A program made the translations under genes and the position numbers. DNA of 64,000 nt from Podospora anserina (lineage: Eukaryota): assembly GCA_017654855.1 (NCBI GenBank), contig CM030338.1:3844001-3908000 (forward strand), written 5' to 3'. The notes below the pieces were generated by a model. That model had not been told where the DNA came from, searched no databases, and worked only from the letters and a program-made list of their open reading frames with translations. This document shows, one piece after another, positions 1 to 11,968 of the stretch. How positions within the stretch are numbered: the stretch's first letter is position 1; each line of letters opens with the position of its first letter.

Positions 1-36
1 GTTTCACGGTTCCCTGTGGTGGTTCGCGGTACACTT

Positions 37-1530
37 TCATCCATCATTCTGCTGCCCCATAAAGTCCTTTACAATTTCCGTGACCCTACTTCTCCTTTTA
101 ACGCGAGTCGGTGTTGCTGGTGGCGGTTGGCTAGACCGAACAGCGGTTCGCAAAGTCTGCTTCAGGTCAGTTCCTTTGACCTAAATTGTTAATTTTGCTA
201 TGAGATGAGCACCCACGAATTCTAGTAGTTCGCGCACCCCAAATCCAGTCTCTGGATCACAAAAAAAGTAGCTTGTGGCTCCAATGTCCTTTGTAATGCA
301 GAGAGGGACGAAGTCATCCGAGTCTTGCGGTTCTTGGAATGGACCGGCGGCTGCGTCTTCATCTGGATTCTTCAGTCCAACCAACACAAGGGGTACCTCC
401 GGACAATAGCTTTTAATTTCCCATGTCCACTTTCCCAGGATCGCGTCTTTAGCGGCGGTAGGATTCTCGGCGCGGAAGCACAAAAGAACTACGTCAGCCC
501 CGTTGTATGAGAAAGGTCTCAGTTTGTCGTAGTCTTCTTGTCCTGACGTGTCTTTGAGCTCAAGTTGAAGGTCGACTCCGTCTACTTGGCAACCGATGAC
601 GCAACTATCAAAGACTGTTGGGCTGTATGGTCCTGGAAGTCTGTTATATGCGAAAGCGCTGAGAAGGCGTGTTTTGCCCGCATTTCGGTCCCCTACAACC
701 ACACACTTGAACCTCGTGCGAATCGGGGGCTCTTTGAGTGGAGAGGCGGGTTGGAAAGCCTGATCTTGATTGAAGGTCAAAGTTTCGTCGATGGTTGACA
801 CAGAAGTCTCGACGTCGTGTCCTTTCCGGATGCTAGCGGAGCGGATCGAGTTGAGACGCAGACTGACGGTATCAGAGATGAGATCTTCGTCGTTTTGTGA
901 GGCAAGAGCAATCTCTTCCAGTGTCTCTAGATCGTCAATTTCGGATATCTCAACCTCAACGATATGGCGTTGTTTGAGAGCGATATCTCCGAAGCAGCGA
1001 GTCATGGCTTCAAGATCGTCGTTCAAATCTTTAAGATGCTGGATCAGTTGTGCAAAATGTTCCCTGTCCGAAATAGCCCACGAAGCGGTATTCCAAAGTC
1101 GGGAGGCTCTTTGTTGTTTCTTCCAGAAGAAAAAAGGGCGTCTTGTACCCAGGGAGCTTGAACCCAACAATTGTAGGGCTGGTGCACGATTGCTACCACG
1201 CTGCTTTGGTGGCACCAGCCCATATCGATTTCTGAGAAGCGACTCATCCTGGAATAGGTCCTTGATACACTCCAGAGTGGCTGTTACTCTTGATCGTAGC
1301 ACGGGATCATCAAGTCGTTTGTCGTACTGCTCCATGCCCATCCCCGATAAGCCACAAGCCTTGCCCCAAGAGAGTAATCGTAGCTCTTGGTTGTCGAATT
1401 TCGTCTCGAGCAGCTTAAAGTCCCTCTCCAATCGAGCTCCCCGCCGAACCAACTGATAACACCCGGCGCATGTTGTGAATAGGCCTGCCAGCCCTATCAC
1501 ACCAATAGCGAGGCCGGCCGTTTCGGCCAT
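37..1530 (-). CDS. HeLo (prion-inhibition/HET-S N-terminal-like) domain fused to a C-terminal Rho-like small GTPase domain
   Basis: N-terminus MAETAGLAIGVIGLAGLFTTCAGCYQLVRRG...LRLLSWGKACGL resembles the HET-s/HET-S HeLo start. C-terminal GDRNAGKT (P-loop), YSPTVFD and DTSGQEDYDKLRPFSY are Rho motifs. A probable last intron at 216..157 (GTGGGT...CTGAC...CAG) gives the tail TLRTAVRSSQPP...QQNDG*; the unspliced ORF would stop at 181. Confidence 0.85.
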
Positions 1531-1945
1531 TGTTGGTGGAATGTTAGTCAAACGGAGATTCTGCAAATGAAGGATGGAGCGCAGGGCCCGCAACGTTTTG
1601 TCCTCTCCTGGGTCAACTCGGACTTGACAGATTCTGGGGGGCCAAAGAAGCCGGGCAGTGCAGGGAGGCACAGCATCCCAACGTAGTATGCACCTGCTGC
1701 TGCTGCGGGGAAGCCATCGACAGTCTACCCTAACCCTGTTTTATGGGTAATTCCTATGCTGACAAAATTGAACCTTCCTCGACTCCTACAAAAGGATGTT
1801 AGGTATCTTTTAAGATCTCGTAACTATCTTTCCAAGGCGTAACAACTGTCTTTGAAGGCCTCATTATATCTTTCAGTAGGTACCCTTATCCTCACCAGCA
1901 GTCCCAGCTTTCTTACCTACGACACATCATGTCCTTCCACTGCGC

Positions 1946-3625
1946 TTATATATCACCATGCCTTTTCCCGATAGGATTCACAGGATTAAAAAATGCAAAG
2001 TGTCCAAGAGGATCGTACTTTTTCTTGAGCTGCTTGAGCTTCTTTAGCCTCCAAGGCTCATATCTGCATTAGGACCGTTAGCGTGCTACATGCTTGACCG
2101 GTCAAGGAGAAAAACATACCCGTAAAGAGCCTGAACAGGCTCATCACCATGGGCATAGTTGACGTAAGTCTTCTTTTTGCTCGAGCCGGATGCCGCCAAG
2201 TACATCTCTCGGGACCATTTCTTGGCCTTTTCGTCAAGGGTGGCATTGCCCTTTTGCCAGAATATCGCCGGTGCACTATTCCAAGGTCAGCATTGGCGAA
2301 CAGCTCTATCTGGTCGTTGTGGGACATACAAAAGCAATCTCTCCCCTCGAAGAGCAAATGCCGTGCTCTTGTCAGGAACGGCCTGGACAGCTTGCGTCGA
2401 GTATCCCTCCAGGATACAGAAGCTGGTTTGAAAGGCGGGCTCTGTCATGAGTGTGGCGGCGAACGCATCATACCACTTCCGCAGGGATTTCACATCATAC
2501 TGGTCCACATCTATCCCTCTCAACAGACGGTTTCCTTGTCCGTCGGTTTGGCATGCATACTGGTCAGCCGCGTATCCCAAGCTCGGGCTTAGCTCGGGGT
2601 AATCAACTTCCGCAGAGGAGTATGCGTCCGGCTTGAGGTCGTGAGTGTCCTTGGAAAGCTTTTTGAGCTCGGAAAAAGGGCCGTTGTAGATCCACTGGAA
2701 CTGCACTACTGGCTATTTTTGTCTGTCAGCATCAAGCCAGCTTTCTGCACTCGCTGGGAAGCCCAATTACCTTCTCTGCGTCCACCGCCGGGTTCAAGAA
2801 CCAAGTCCCCCACATCAGCAACCTCGGATCCCCCTTCCCATCAAGCTTCTTGTTTGCGTACTTGTATACCTCCTCCAACCTCTCACTCTTGAACGTAAAA
2901 GTCTCGATGCTCCATTTCGGCTCCTTGACATCATAAACCCTGTACTTCATTTCACTCACAATGCCAAAGTTGTGACCAGCGCCCCTCATCCCCCAGAACA
3001 GCTCTTTGTGTTTTTTGTCATTCACAACCACTACCTCCCCATCCGCAAGGACGACCCTCAACTCCAGCACCTGATCGGCCATCAGGCCATACTGGCCTTG
3101 AAACCAGTTATGGCCTCCGCCGAGCGCAGGGCTGACCGCACCGACGCATCCACAGCCACCAGTGCCAGTCTGTTTGCCCCTCTTCCAAAGGTAGTCAAGA
3201 ACATCTTTTGACTTCATCCCCCCTCCGATCGTCGCCCATCTGCCCGACTTATCGAGGTCGATCTTGCGATTGAGGGACGATAGGGAGATGCCAATTCCGT
3301 GGAAACGTCCCAGGCCATAATCCGAACCGTGGGTTTGGGAGAAGGCAAAGAAGGGGATTTGGTGCTGGTTGGCGTACTTTACTGATTCGGCGATGTCGCG
3401 TTCCTCGGCGACTTGGATGATGGCGGAATAGCTCGGGCGGGAGAGTTCATTCCAACGCTTTGATGCGCTCGGCCAAAGAGACGAGGAAGGCAGCAAGATT
3501 TTGGCAGTCGGGGAGAGCCTGGGTGTTAGTTCGGAGAGGATGTCCGATGGGATGGCAGTGTAGGCTGCCGCGGTGAAAGAAGAGAGCAGCACGAAGGCTA
3601 GAATTGCGAGCGAGGACGACCACAT
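1946..3625 (-). CDS. Secreted FAD-binding oxidoreductase (FAD_binding_4 + BBE-like domain), 4 exons
   Basis: Signal peptide; RPSYSAIIQVAEERDI, TGGCGCVGAVSPALGGGH, LFWGMRGAGHNFGIV; spliced C-terminus YVNYAHGDE...YGYEPWRLKKLKQLKKKYDP. Confidence 0.9.
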
Positions 3626-4278
3626 TTTGGCGGGTTTGAGATGGAATACAAAGCTTCAGCCATCGTCAACGAACACGTACGCAGACGGGCGGACTGTTAA
3701 ATAACCATTGCACGACATCGGAAGAGTATTATCGAGCTCCGAAACTACGTGTATCGGATCACATCCACTGGGCGAGAGATGCAGCTGTGGACAACCCCGC
3801 AGTGAAATAGAGCTGAGAAGAGGGACTATCGATCAATACACAGCGGAACAGTACACGACAGTCCCGAACTAATGAATCACGGAGGTTTTCGCCCCCACCG
3901 GCGAGCATCTGGCGGCTCCGATTGGAACACTGCCCGGGTGGCTTGTTGGGGGCGGTGTTCATGTCGTACTGCCATCGCTGTACCACGGCACGATTTTAGA
4001 AAGGGGTGTCATGACTCAGGCGAGGTCTCAGTTCTCAGTCTAGATAAGGTAGGCAAGGTAGGTAAAATCTTGAGGTATTGAAACTCTTGAGTCCATAAGA
4101 GAAAAAATACTAAATAACACTAGGTAGGAACGCCAAAAGACGTACCAGTGGAAGGAACCAGAACCTGACCGTAAGTAAAGCGAGTTGGTGTCTTGGTGAT
4201 GCAATAAATACATTGGCGATATTGTGCTGCTGCCCCCTTGTCCACCCCGTGCAGGGACGTGTGCCTATCAGACTGAAC

Positions 4279-4593
4279 TTAGAGAATAATGGCACCGGCC
4301 CCAACTATCACACCGGCAACGAGGAGTCCGCTACTCCTCACAATCATCTCGCTTGTCCCCGACTTTGGCTGGTCATCCTCGTCATCAGAATCCGAATCGT
4401 CGTCTCCAAAGACCTCATTGAAGCCAAAGGTCTTGTTCTTGCCGTTGATGTCGAAGCTGACACCGCCGCTGACGCTGGCTTGGAAGCCGGTATTTGTTGG
4501 GGTTGCCGTTACACCTTTGTCGGGGCCATCCTGGGCTGTGGTGAGGGTGGCAAAGAGGCCAAGGAGACTAACAAGAGAAAGGGTGTACTTCAT
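4279..4593 (-). CDS. Small secreted, probably GPI-anchored protein
   Basis: 104-aa ORF with N-terminal signal peptide (MKYTLSLVSLLGLFATLTTA), acidic linker and hydrophobic C-terminal tail (SSGLLVAGVIVGAGAIIL). Confidence 0.75.
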   Translation of the reverse strand: MKYTLSLVSLLGLFATLTTAQDGPDKGVTATPTNTGFQASVSGGVSFDINGKNKTFGFNEVFGDDDSDSDDEDDQPKSGTSEMIVRSSGLLVAGVIVGAGAIIL

Positions 4594-5149
4594 TTTGATA
4601 GGGCGATAAATAAGATCATAGGTTTGTGGTGATATTTGTAAAGAGCTTTTGTGTTGAGTGATTGTTAATTCCTACAATGAACCGAAAGGACCTTTGCAAC
4701 CCACCGTCTTATATCTCATCGGTTTCCAAGTCAAAAGTACTGCATTGATTCCAAGTTGCCCATGGCCTTGAATCTCGCCGCCCAAATGGTCGATTGTGTG
4801 ACCAGAAACAACTCGCCCACAATTTGTTTCCTTGGTCCAAACATGGGCGGCCCTCGATATTTTTGAACGGGGTATACTTTTCATCTCTTCGCCACCTGGT
4901 TGACGCGTCCCCGGCCAAGGTCGATCAGCTACACACCAGCCAAGTTATGCATAACTGTATTAGTGAAATGATTAGGACTGGTCAATAGGTAGGGCTGGCG
5001 GTTGAGGGGTGGTTGCAGAATGGTGGGTTGGGCGCGATCCGGGCCGCCATCCGGTTTCAGGAGGCAGTTGGCCGGATGACTCCACCTTTGGCCGTTGCAG
5101 GACAAAATAACTGGCACGGAACAATACCTCAAGAGATAGTTCATAGGTC

Positions 5150-5912
5150 TTAAAAGATGACCGATAGACTTAAAAGATTATTATGTGGCCTACTTTTTCA
5201 TTTTTTTTAAAATAGGTGTAAGTTGGTGTATGATGCTTTAGCTACCTAGGTACCTTGGGAAGTAACAGGTTCACAAAACGTTTATATTTTATTTTTTATA
5301 ATTAGCAATCTAGAATATATTATCGCTATATCCGGAAACGGCAGCCTTCACGACCAGGTATAGTGCGCCGTCAGATTCGCGTCCTCATACAGTCTCCCCG
5401 CGCCCGCCGCATAAATAGAGCCCCCTGCTCTCCGACGTCTCTCTCTTATATATACTTTCGACATTTTCTCCTCCCCCGTATTCCCCTTTCGCTCGGTCCC
5501 TCGCCTCCTTATTTACTTCGCTTTTCCCCTATTTTTTTCGTCTATAGCCCGCTTATTTACTATCGTCCGCGCTTCAATATTTATTTGCACTACAATAAAT
5601 ACTTTACCCTTATCTTCTTTAGCGTCTCCTAATTATACCCGTTATTATATTACTTATCGAAATTTTTTCGGCCTTCATAGTTTTTATAGTATATTTCATT
5701 TATTATAATTTTTAAACTTGACTTTAATCTCCGGCTTCGAACCTTCTTTCTTTTTTTGAGCTCCTTAAAACCTACTTCGTTTCTCTTCGTTAATGATACT
5801 ATACCTCGTCTATCTCCCTCGCCTCTACTTTCTAGCATACCTCCTTTTGCCCGAAGGTTTAGAATATTTACCTACTGAATAAATTTCCCATTCCTTTTTT
5901 TCCCCGGGTAAT
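5150..5912. repeat. AT-rich, RIP-degraded repeat or transposon relic
   Basis: Locally AT-rich and TpA-rich, no credible ORF, directly abutting an LTR-like element. Boundaries are approximate. Confidence 0.55.
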
Positions 5913-6471
5913 TGTGACGAACCCCTATCCAGAACCTCTGAAAGGGATACTGGTCGGAGGCACTTCTAAACAATCCTAGTTCGGTATAGCTAAACAGTGT
6001 ATAATAAATGGCTTGTCTCGATCACAACAGTCTAGATACCAACGATTGTAACTTATAACTATTACATACTGCGGAACTATCTATCTACACCAGCCAGTTC
6101 CTCCGTATACATAGACCTTAATCCTCCAGTGCCACAGGTAAGCCAACAGGCAAGACGGACCGTTGTGCGGAGCACGACACGCACAATCAATCGTTTGTAG
6201 AACCAATCAGGACGGGAGTAGCCTCATCTGTAGGATCATTGCCAAGAGTCAATAATCCAGGAAACCACTAGGTCTATATATACGGAGGAACTGGCTAGTA
6301 TAAATAGATAGTTCCGCAGTATATAAATTAAGTTATAATCGTTGGTATCTAGACTGTTGTGATCGAGACAAGCCATTTGTTGTACACTGTTTAGCTGTAC
6401 CGAACCAGGATTGTTCAGAAGTGCCTTTAACCAGTCTCCCTTTCAGAGGTTCTGGATAGGTGTTCGTCACA
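5913..6471. mobile_element. Palindromic TG...CA-bounded LTR-like element with ~200-bp inverted arms
   Basis: Starts TGTGACGAACCCCTATCCAGAACC and ends GGTTCTGGATAGGTGTTCGTCACA. Arms 5913-6118 and 6270-6471 are reverse complements, with many C/T and G/A differences. Confidence 0.8.
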
Positions 6472-6557
6472 ACTGTTTAGCTGCACTGAACCAAGATTGT
6501 CTGAAAGCGCCTTCGACTAGTATCCTTTTCAGTGGCTTTGGATAGGGGTCCGTCACA
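6472..6557. mobile_element. Terminal fragment of a second, older copy of the same LTR-like family
   Basis: ACTGTTTAGCTGCACTGAACC...GGATAGGGGTCCGTCACA resembles 6386-6471. Confidence 0.7.
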
Positions 6558-6838
6558 CTAGATTCCGGACTTGAATACTTTCTCGAACTAACCGCCCCAA
6601 GACTGAGACGCTAATTAGAAGGTAGATCTGCTAGGTTACCGCCCGGAGCTATGGCGCTTATGGGAGGGCGTAGTGAGGTGGAGTCGTAGGCCCACTAATG
6701 AATTTGGAGGGGGGCAAGGTACCGAGTACTTGGCTACGACCAATCGCTCCGCATTATTTAGATACCTGAAAATAGCGTTCCTGCCCTACCAAATTTGGCG
6801 GCTAGAACAGCAAATTTCATACTTAATCTATAGTTTGG

Positions 6839-8361
6839 TTACAAAATCCCCTGCTTTCTCTTCCATTTCTCCTCCCAACCAGGGTAAAATGGACTTTGTT
6901 CCAGCGTGCTCACATCCCAATCTCCCGGCACGACTCCCTCCTTGACCTGCTCATCAGCCCACCCCTTCAAGGCTTCCAGTGCCACATTCTTGACGTTCCT
7001 ATCTGACTTGTAGTCAATCAAATTCTCCTTCCCTTCGCTCAACACCTTGTGAAGTAGCGCTGGCACAAACGGCTCGTCCCTCAGCTCCTCCAGCGGAGTG
7101 AATATAGCCTTGAAGTTGAACACCACCGCCCCGCTCACCGGCAGCCTCCTCAGCGTCTGGGCATCACACCTCAGCTTCAGCTCCTTGACCGTCAGCTCCG
7201 CCGGTCGATCCGCAAAAGCACTCCGGCTCCACTTCTTTTCGTTCTCCCCTTGAAACGCGCCCACGCCAGGCGAGGAAAACATGGCTTGCCAGTCCTCGAT
7301 GCTCCATGAGGCTCTCATCACTGGCTTATCTGTTGGTAATTTGGCAAACCACCGATCAAGGGAGAACTGCATCTTATCGGCGTCGGGCACATGGGTGTGA
7401 ATCTTCTTCATTGGCTGGTCTTTGTGTTGGGCTATATGCCACCCTACGCTGCTGCACACGCTAGCCGCGCGGAGGTAATACAGACCATCTTCCTCGTTGC
7501 GGAGCATGATGGCGTAGTCTTCGGGGATGTTCTGGAAGATGACTTTCAGTGGTGGGGTAGATGTCAAGTCGGTGACAGTCTCGAGAAGGAGATTATGGAA
7601 GAGTGTGTTGTCGTTGGAGAGGTGAAAGTGGCAAGGGTATCGGCGGCAGAGGAATTGGATGAGCATCTCCATTAGTTCACGGCAGGCGAGGTCGGCCCCG
7701 GGGCCCTGGAAGAAGATCCGGTCGGGGTGCTTAGCAAACAGCTGTTGCCGGGCGGCCATGGTGGGAAGGTAGTTCTGTTCCAGCTCGATCCAAAAATCGG
7801 GGTTGTATTTCATGAGTGCTGTGCAGTAGAAACAGTGAGAATGGGGGGACAAGTCATGGAAGGTCAGGCATGCAACTGACCCATGTTCTGTGTATAATTC
7901 CACCTGAACGGTCTAAACGGCCTGAAGATTGCCCTCTTGATGTCCCATGATGGCGAAACTGGGCTCGGGTGTGGCACTCCACTCAAGCTCGCATAGTCAG
8001 GAAAACGGCCGACCAAAGAGCGGACTTCTTGGGTTGAGAAGCCGGTTGGGGTGTAAAAGTTGTCAACAGAGAAATCAGGTTTCCTGGTAGTGGTCAAGGC
8101 TCGGTTCTGCAAGACTTGTGGTGAGATCTCGGCTTGATCAGCAACGGAAAACTTTTCAAACTGGGAAAAGCTGCTGAGAATGTGTCGTCGCGAAGGAGGG
8201 AAGGTGAGTATGAATAGGTGTGGCGGTGATGCCGTCGTCCTCTTTGAGGCATGTCTGACGGAGGCTACGAGCAGCACAATACCAGCAACAGCCGCTCCGA
8301 CGACAACAATCCAGACAGGAAGGTCCGTGGCTGACAAAGAAAGAATAGTATTTGGCGCCAT
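6839..8361 (-). CDS. DUF3445 family protein (heme-dependent oxidative N-demethylase alpha-subunit-like) with N-terminal TM helix, 2 exons
   Basis: YTPTGFSTQEVRSLVGRFPDYASLSGVP...FRPFRWNYTQNM, intron, ALMKYNPDFWIELEQNY...QTLRRLPVSGAVVFNFKAIFTP. Confidence 0.8.
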
Positions 8362-11223
8362 TCTGGCCAACCTTTCCACGATGCTTGATGTTGCACGGCG
8401 TTACCAGCAAGGAGGTTCCAGACGGTTTTTGTAGCTTAGGTACGCCGTTTGTCCAACCTCCAGCCCCCGCATCCCGACCAACGTCAACATGAAGTGGTCG
8501 CCGTCGTTGACAGCCCGATGTTCCGATCCGATGCAGTTGCGCCTCATGAGGGGCAGATACCGGCCACCAACGACAGGCCAGGGACTTGTGAACTGAGAAG
8601 GGCATAAAAGTCCGATGACCATGGTTTCCATTGGATGGGAGGTGGGTGCAGAAAGGTGCGGTATCACCAACCCCGCATCAAACCTTGATAAGGCGACCCA
8701 GCTTTCTTATCAACCCAAGCAACCTTATCAGCACTTCCAGCTTGGAAACAACGTCTCAGATCGGATCCCGAGTTGTCATCGGTATGCGGGAATGATTCGG
8801 AATTTTCAGCATCTTCACTGATAGATGCAGTGATCAAAATCACATGATAGGGGAACGCCTTGCTCAAGACAGTGATGTGAGCGGAATACTTTTCTGGGGA
8901 TGAGGGCTATGATTAAAGAAAGAAAAATTACTTCTTGTTGGCACTGAATACCTACCTGTTTCTTCACAGTGACTATTTATGACCGCTTACATTGGGACAA
9001 TGCGCGGCTGCGAACATCATGAACCCTGAAATCAATGCAAAGGTATATAGCATAGGTAGGTGATGTTGAGCAGTTGGGAGAGGAGGACATTTCTGCCAAA
9101 GTCATCGTCAAGAGACGAAAACAAGAGCCATCACTAACGGCGGAACCTCCTGCCCCAACTTCAACCTTGGCCTTGTTTGATGAGGCTACCTAGGCATGTA
9201 CACTCGTCTATTTCCTCCACTAAGACTGTCTCTTGCACAGTGATCAGTACGTTCCCCTCTTCAAGGTTCCATCAACTGCCAGATACACATATGAGGTGGC
9301 TTTACACCGTCATACGCCGACTGTGACGGTGTGTCACCATTCTCTGTTGGAATACCGTAGGTAAGGTAATAGAGCTATTTGGTACTTTCAAGGCCTATCA
9401 GCTGCCTTTCGAGTGGGTTTGAGCTAGTTATCCTCCGAGACTGCAGTCTGTTGTGTTTGAGAGATGCACAGTGCTTGATCGTTTCTGAGGAATGCCCAGG
9501 GACAGTCGTCATAATTTTGGCAGCCATAGAGTGCTTGCGTGTTCCGCGGGCCATTGCAAATTGTTACGGCTATGGGAATGCTTTGGGCGGTTCTATAAAG
9601 ACTCTTGTAGATGAAAGATTGATGTGGAAGAAATGAATCATCTGCCAAGTGTCTTGGAGCCGCGCCATCAGTCGGTCTTGTTTACAGCGCGGCTGACGGA
9701 TGGGATGGTACTGCAAACACGATCGACCGTTTCGGGTCAATTTGATGACGCGTCCTATCGTATCTACGGAAATTTTTGCGGTTCATCTCTTTATCACACC
9801 TGTGGATGAACCATCAATGGTCTTCTGGTCATCGGGAAACGGGATGTGGCCGGCAAAGACAGTGTAATCAATTCTTCAATACTGCCACCAACATGTCCCC
9901 TTGTTGATGCCAGCGTCTGGTAAGGATGGTGGAGTAACTCAGCTGGAGAAGGAATGCGCCGTGGTCGGCTTCTAGCAGAATAGAAAAACGGGCCTTGATT
10001 GTTTACTTCCCCTGAGAAAAGCCGATTGGTGGTTCTACCATTTCGCCAAGACATCTGGTTCCAGGAACTGATGACCCACGACTACCAACTCCGCCGGGAC
10101 GAGGATTGTTCACTATGGAGCCGTCAAGCATTGCGTACGTCCGGCTCTGCGGGCGGCATATAGCCCTCCTGTTGGAAGACTGTTGATCCAAGACGTGATG
10201 AGATGGGTAATATGGCAATGTTGCCATCCGACACTGCTATATCATTAGGCGGTCTGTTTAGCCGCATGCGCTTATCCGCGAGATTCAGGAAACGGCACAA
10301 TGGCTCCCCAGATTCCCAGGCTTCCCAGCGTCCTGGTCGAGGGCGTTCGAGCGTTGGATGGCCCCCCTTTGATGTCACCAATCGTCACGATGTTACCACT
10401 CCGCATCGCGATCGTTCGGTAGTTAACGAACCGCTGTCACACACACTACCTAGATATCCTCCGAGGCTAGTGAGAAGCGAGTGGGAGCATTCCGTTGTGG
10501 TGTGTGACAACTGCTTGTGTTGGATGGGGAAAGGTCGACTTTGTCGAGGGAAAAAGGTGTACACCTCTCTCGTTTTCGAGTCCGTGTGACACGACCCAGC
10601 AAACCTGCACAATCAACTTTGTTTTAATTGTCGATCATTGTCTCAACTTACTCGCACCAATCGGCTGAGAAACAGGCGTTTTTGCGTGTAATAATCGTCA
10701 TATCACGATATTCTGATAATATCATAGACCTTTAACGCATCCAGCAATTGCCGCTTCTTGTCCCCTCTCGCTTAGGACAGCCTCTCCTCACTTGCCCTGG
10801 GATCAGCCGTTCTAGGAGCAGAGCCGATTGGGACATTTGCTATAGCACGTCATGTATGCGTTCTAGAATCCCTGGGCGGACTACACATTGCCATGCCCGG
10901 AGTGGACTTTTTCCAGATTGACTTACGTCTATCACTGATGCTCATGATCGTGACAAGACCTCGCGTGAACGCGGCCCCCCACATTCCCGAAGATGATGTA
11001 CCGATCGAAGAGTATTGAGATGACCAAATCAGCAAGCAGTTCACATAATCGAAGGCGAAAAGGAAAGCTCGAGGAGGGGATTCAGGTATATAACAGCCAT
11101 TCCTTTCCACTGCCAAACCTGAATTCCTCTTTCCTCATTACCCTCGGACAAGCCTCTCTGTCTTACCCTCTCAACAGTCAGACCAACCAAGCTTAACGCT
11201 CCACCCCAGCAAGCAACTTCAAG

Positions 11224-11637
11224 ATGCATCTTTCCAAGTTCTTGATCACGGCCATCTTTGCGGCCCCGTACGTTGCGGCCCTCGCCGTGCCCGTCCAGGA
11301 CGCCTACAACGGCGACATCGAGGCCCGCTACGCCGAGCCTGAGGCACTCCCCATCGCCGCTGTCGATGTCGACGCCGCCGAGGTGACCGGCATTGACGTT
11401 GACGCCGACGTAACCGACAAGGGCAAGGGCAAGAAGGGCAAGAAGGGCAAGGGAAAGAAGGGTAAGGGCAAGGCTAAGGGCAAGGCTAAGGGCAAGGGCA
11501 AAGCTAAAGGCAAGGGAAAGGCCAAGGGAAAGGGAAAGGCGAAGGGGAAGGGTCCCGCTAAGCCTCCCGCCAAGGGCAAGGGAAAGGCCAAGGGCAAGGG
11601 CAAGGGCCCCAAGGAGGAGGGTGAGGCTGCCGAGTAA
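11224..11637 (+). CDS. Secreted small protein with acidic pro-region and Lys/Gly-rich polycationic repeat
   Basis: Signal peptide MHLSKFLITAIFAAPYVAALA; DIEAR-YAEPEALP; a (KG/KA)n block; TATA-like GGTATATAAC at about 11085. Confidence 0.85.
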   Translation: MHLSKFLITAIFAAPYVAALAVPVQDAYNGDIEARYAEPEALPIAAVDVDAAEVTGIDVDADVTDKGKGKKGKKGKGKKGKGKAKGKAKGKGKAKGKGKAKGKGKAKGKGPAKPPAKGKGKAKGKGKGPKEEGEAAE

Positions 11638-11968
11638 ATAACTCGCACCCACAACTTCGAGTGATCTTCTTTGACGAAGACATGACACACAGAGGATGGG
11701 GTGAATGACTGGCCAGTCAATGGGGTGGTGTCGATTGCTTGTATTTACTTTCTACATTGCTTCCTGAAAGGCTAGTGAATGACGCGGACGACGGTCCGAA
11801 CGCCATGATGTACATTTCCACGCTTTGCGAGCGTCAGACAATCAAGAACTTCTGATGTTGCTGTGAAGTACGCAGTATCAAGATGATGATGTGATTGTTG
11901 TATTATCCAAAACGCATGCAAGTCGTGAAACGGCGTAAACACAGCCCTTGCTTGATAGATTCACTCCA

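Noticed and set aside
9379-10612. Cluster of 60-130 aa ORFs
   Set aside because: No motifs or consistent splice structure recognised; treated as intergenic or decayed sequence.
11224-11637. KG-rich secreted protein as the DUF3328 cluster precursor
   Set aside because: It lies about 8 kb away, outside the LTR-bounded block, is separated by unrelated genes and has no aromatic core repeats; the 21517-21968 gene is the better candidate.
11041-11720. Antisense ORFs rich in LAL/LPL repeats (215 aa and 130 aa)
   Set aside because: They are shadows of the Lys/Gly repeat gene on the plus strand, which has the signal peptide and TATA-like element.
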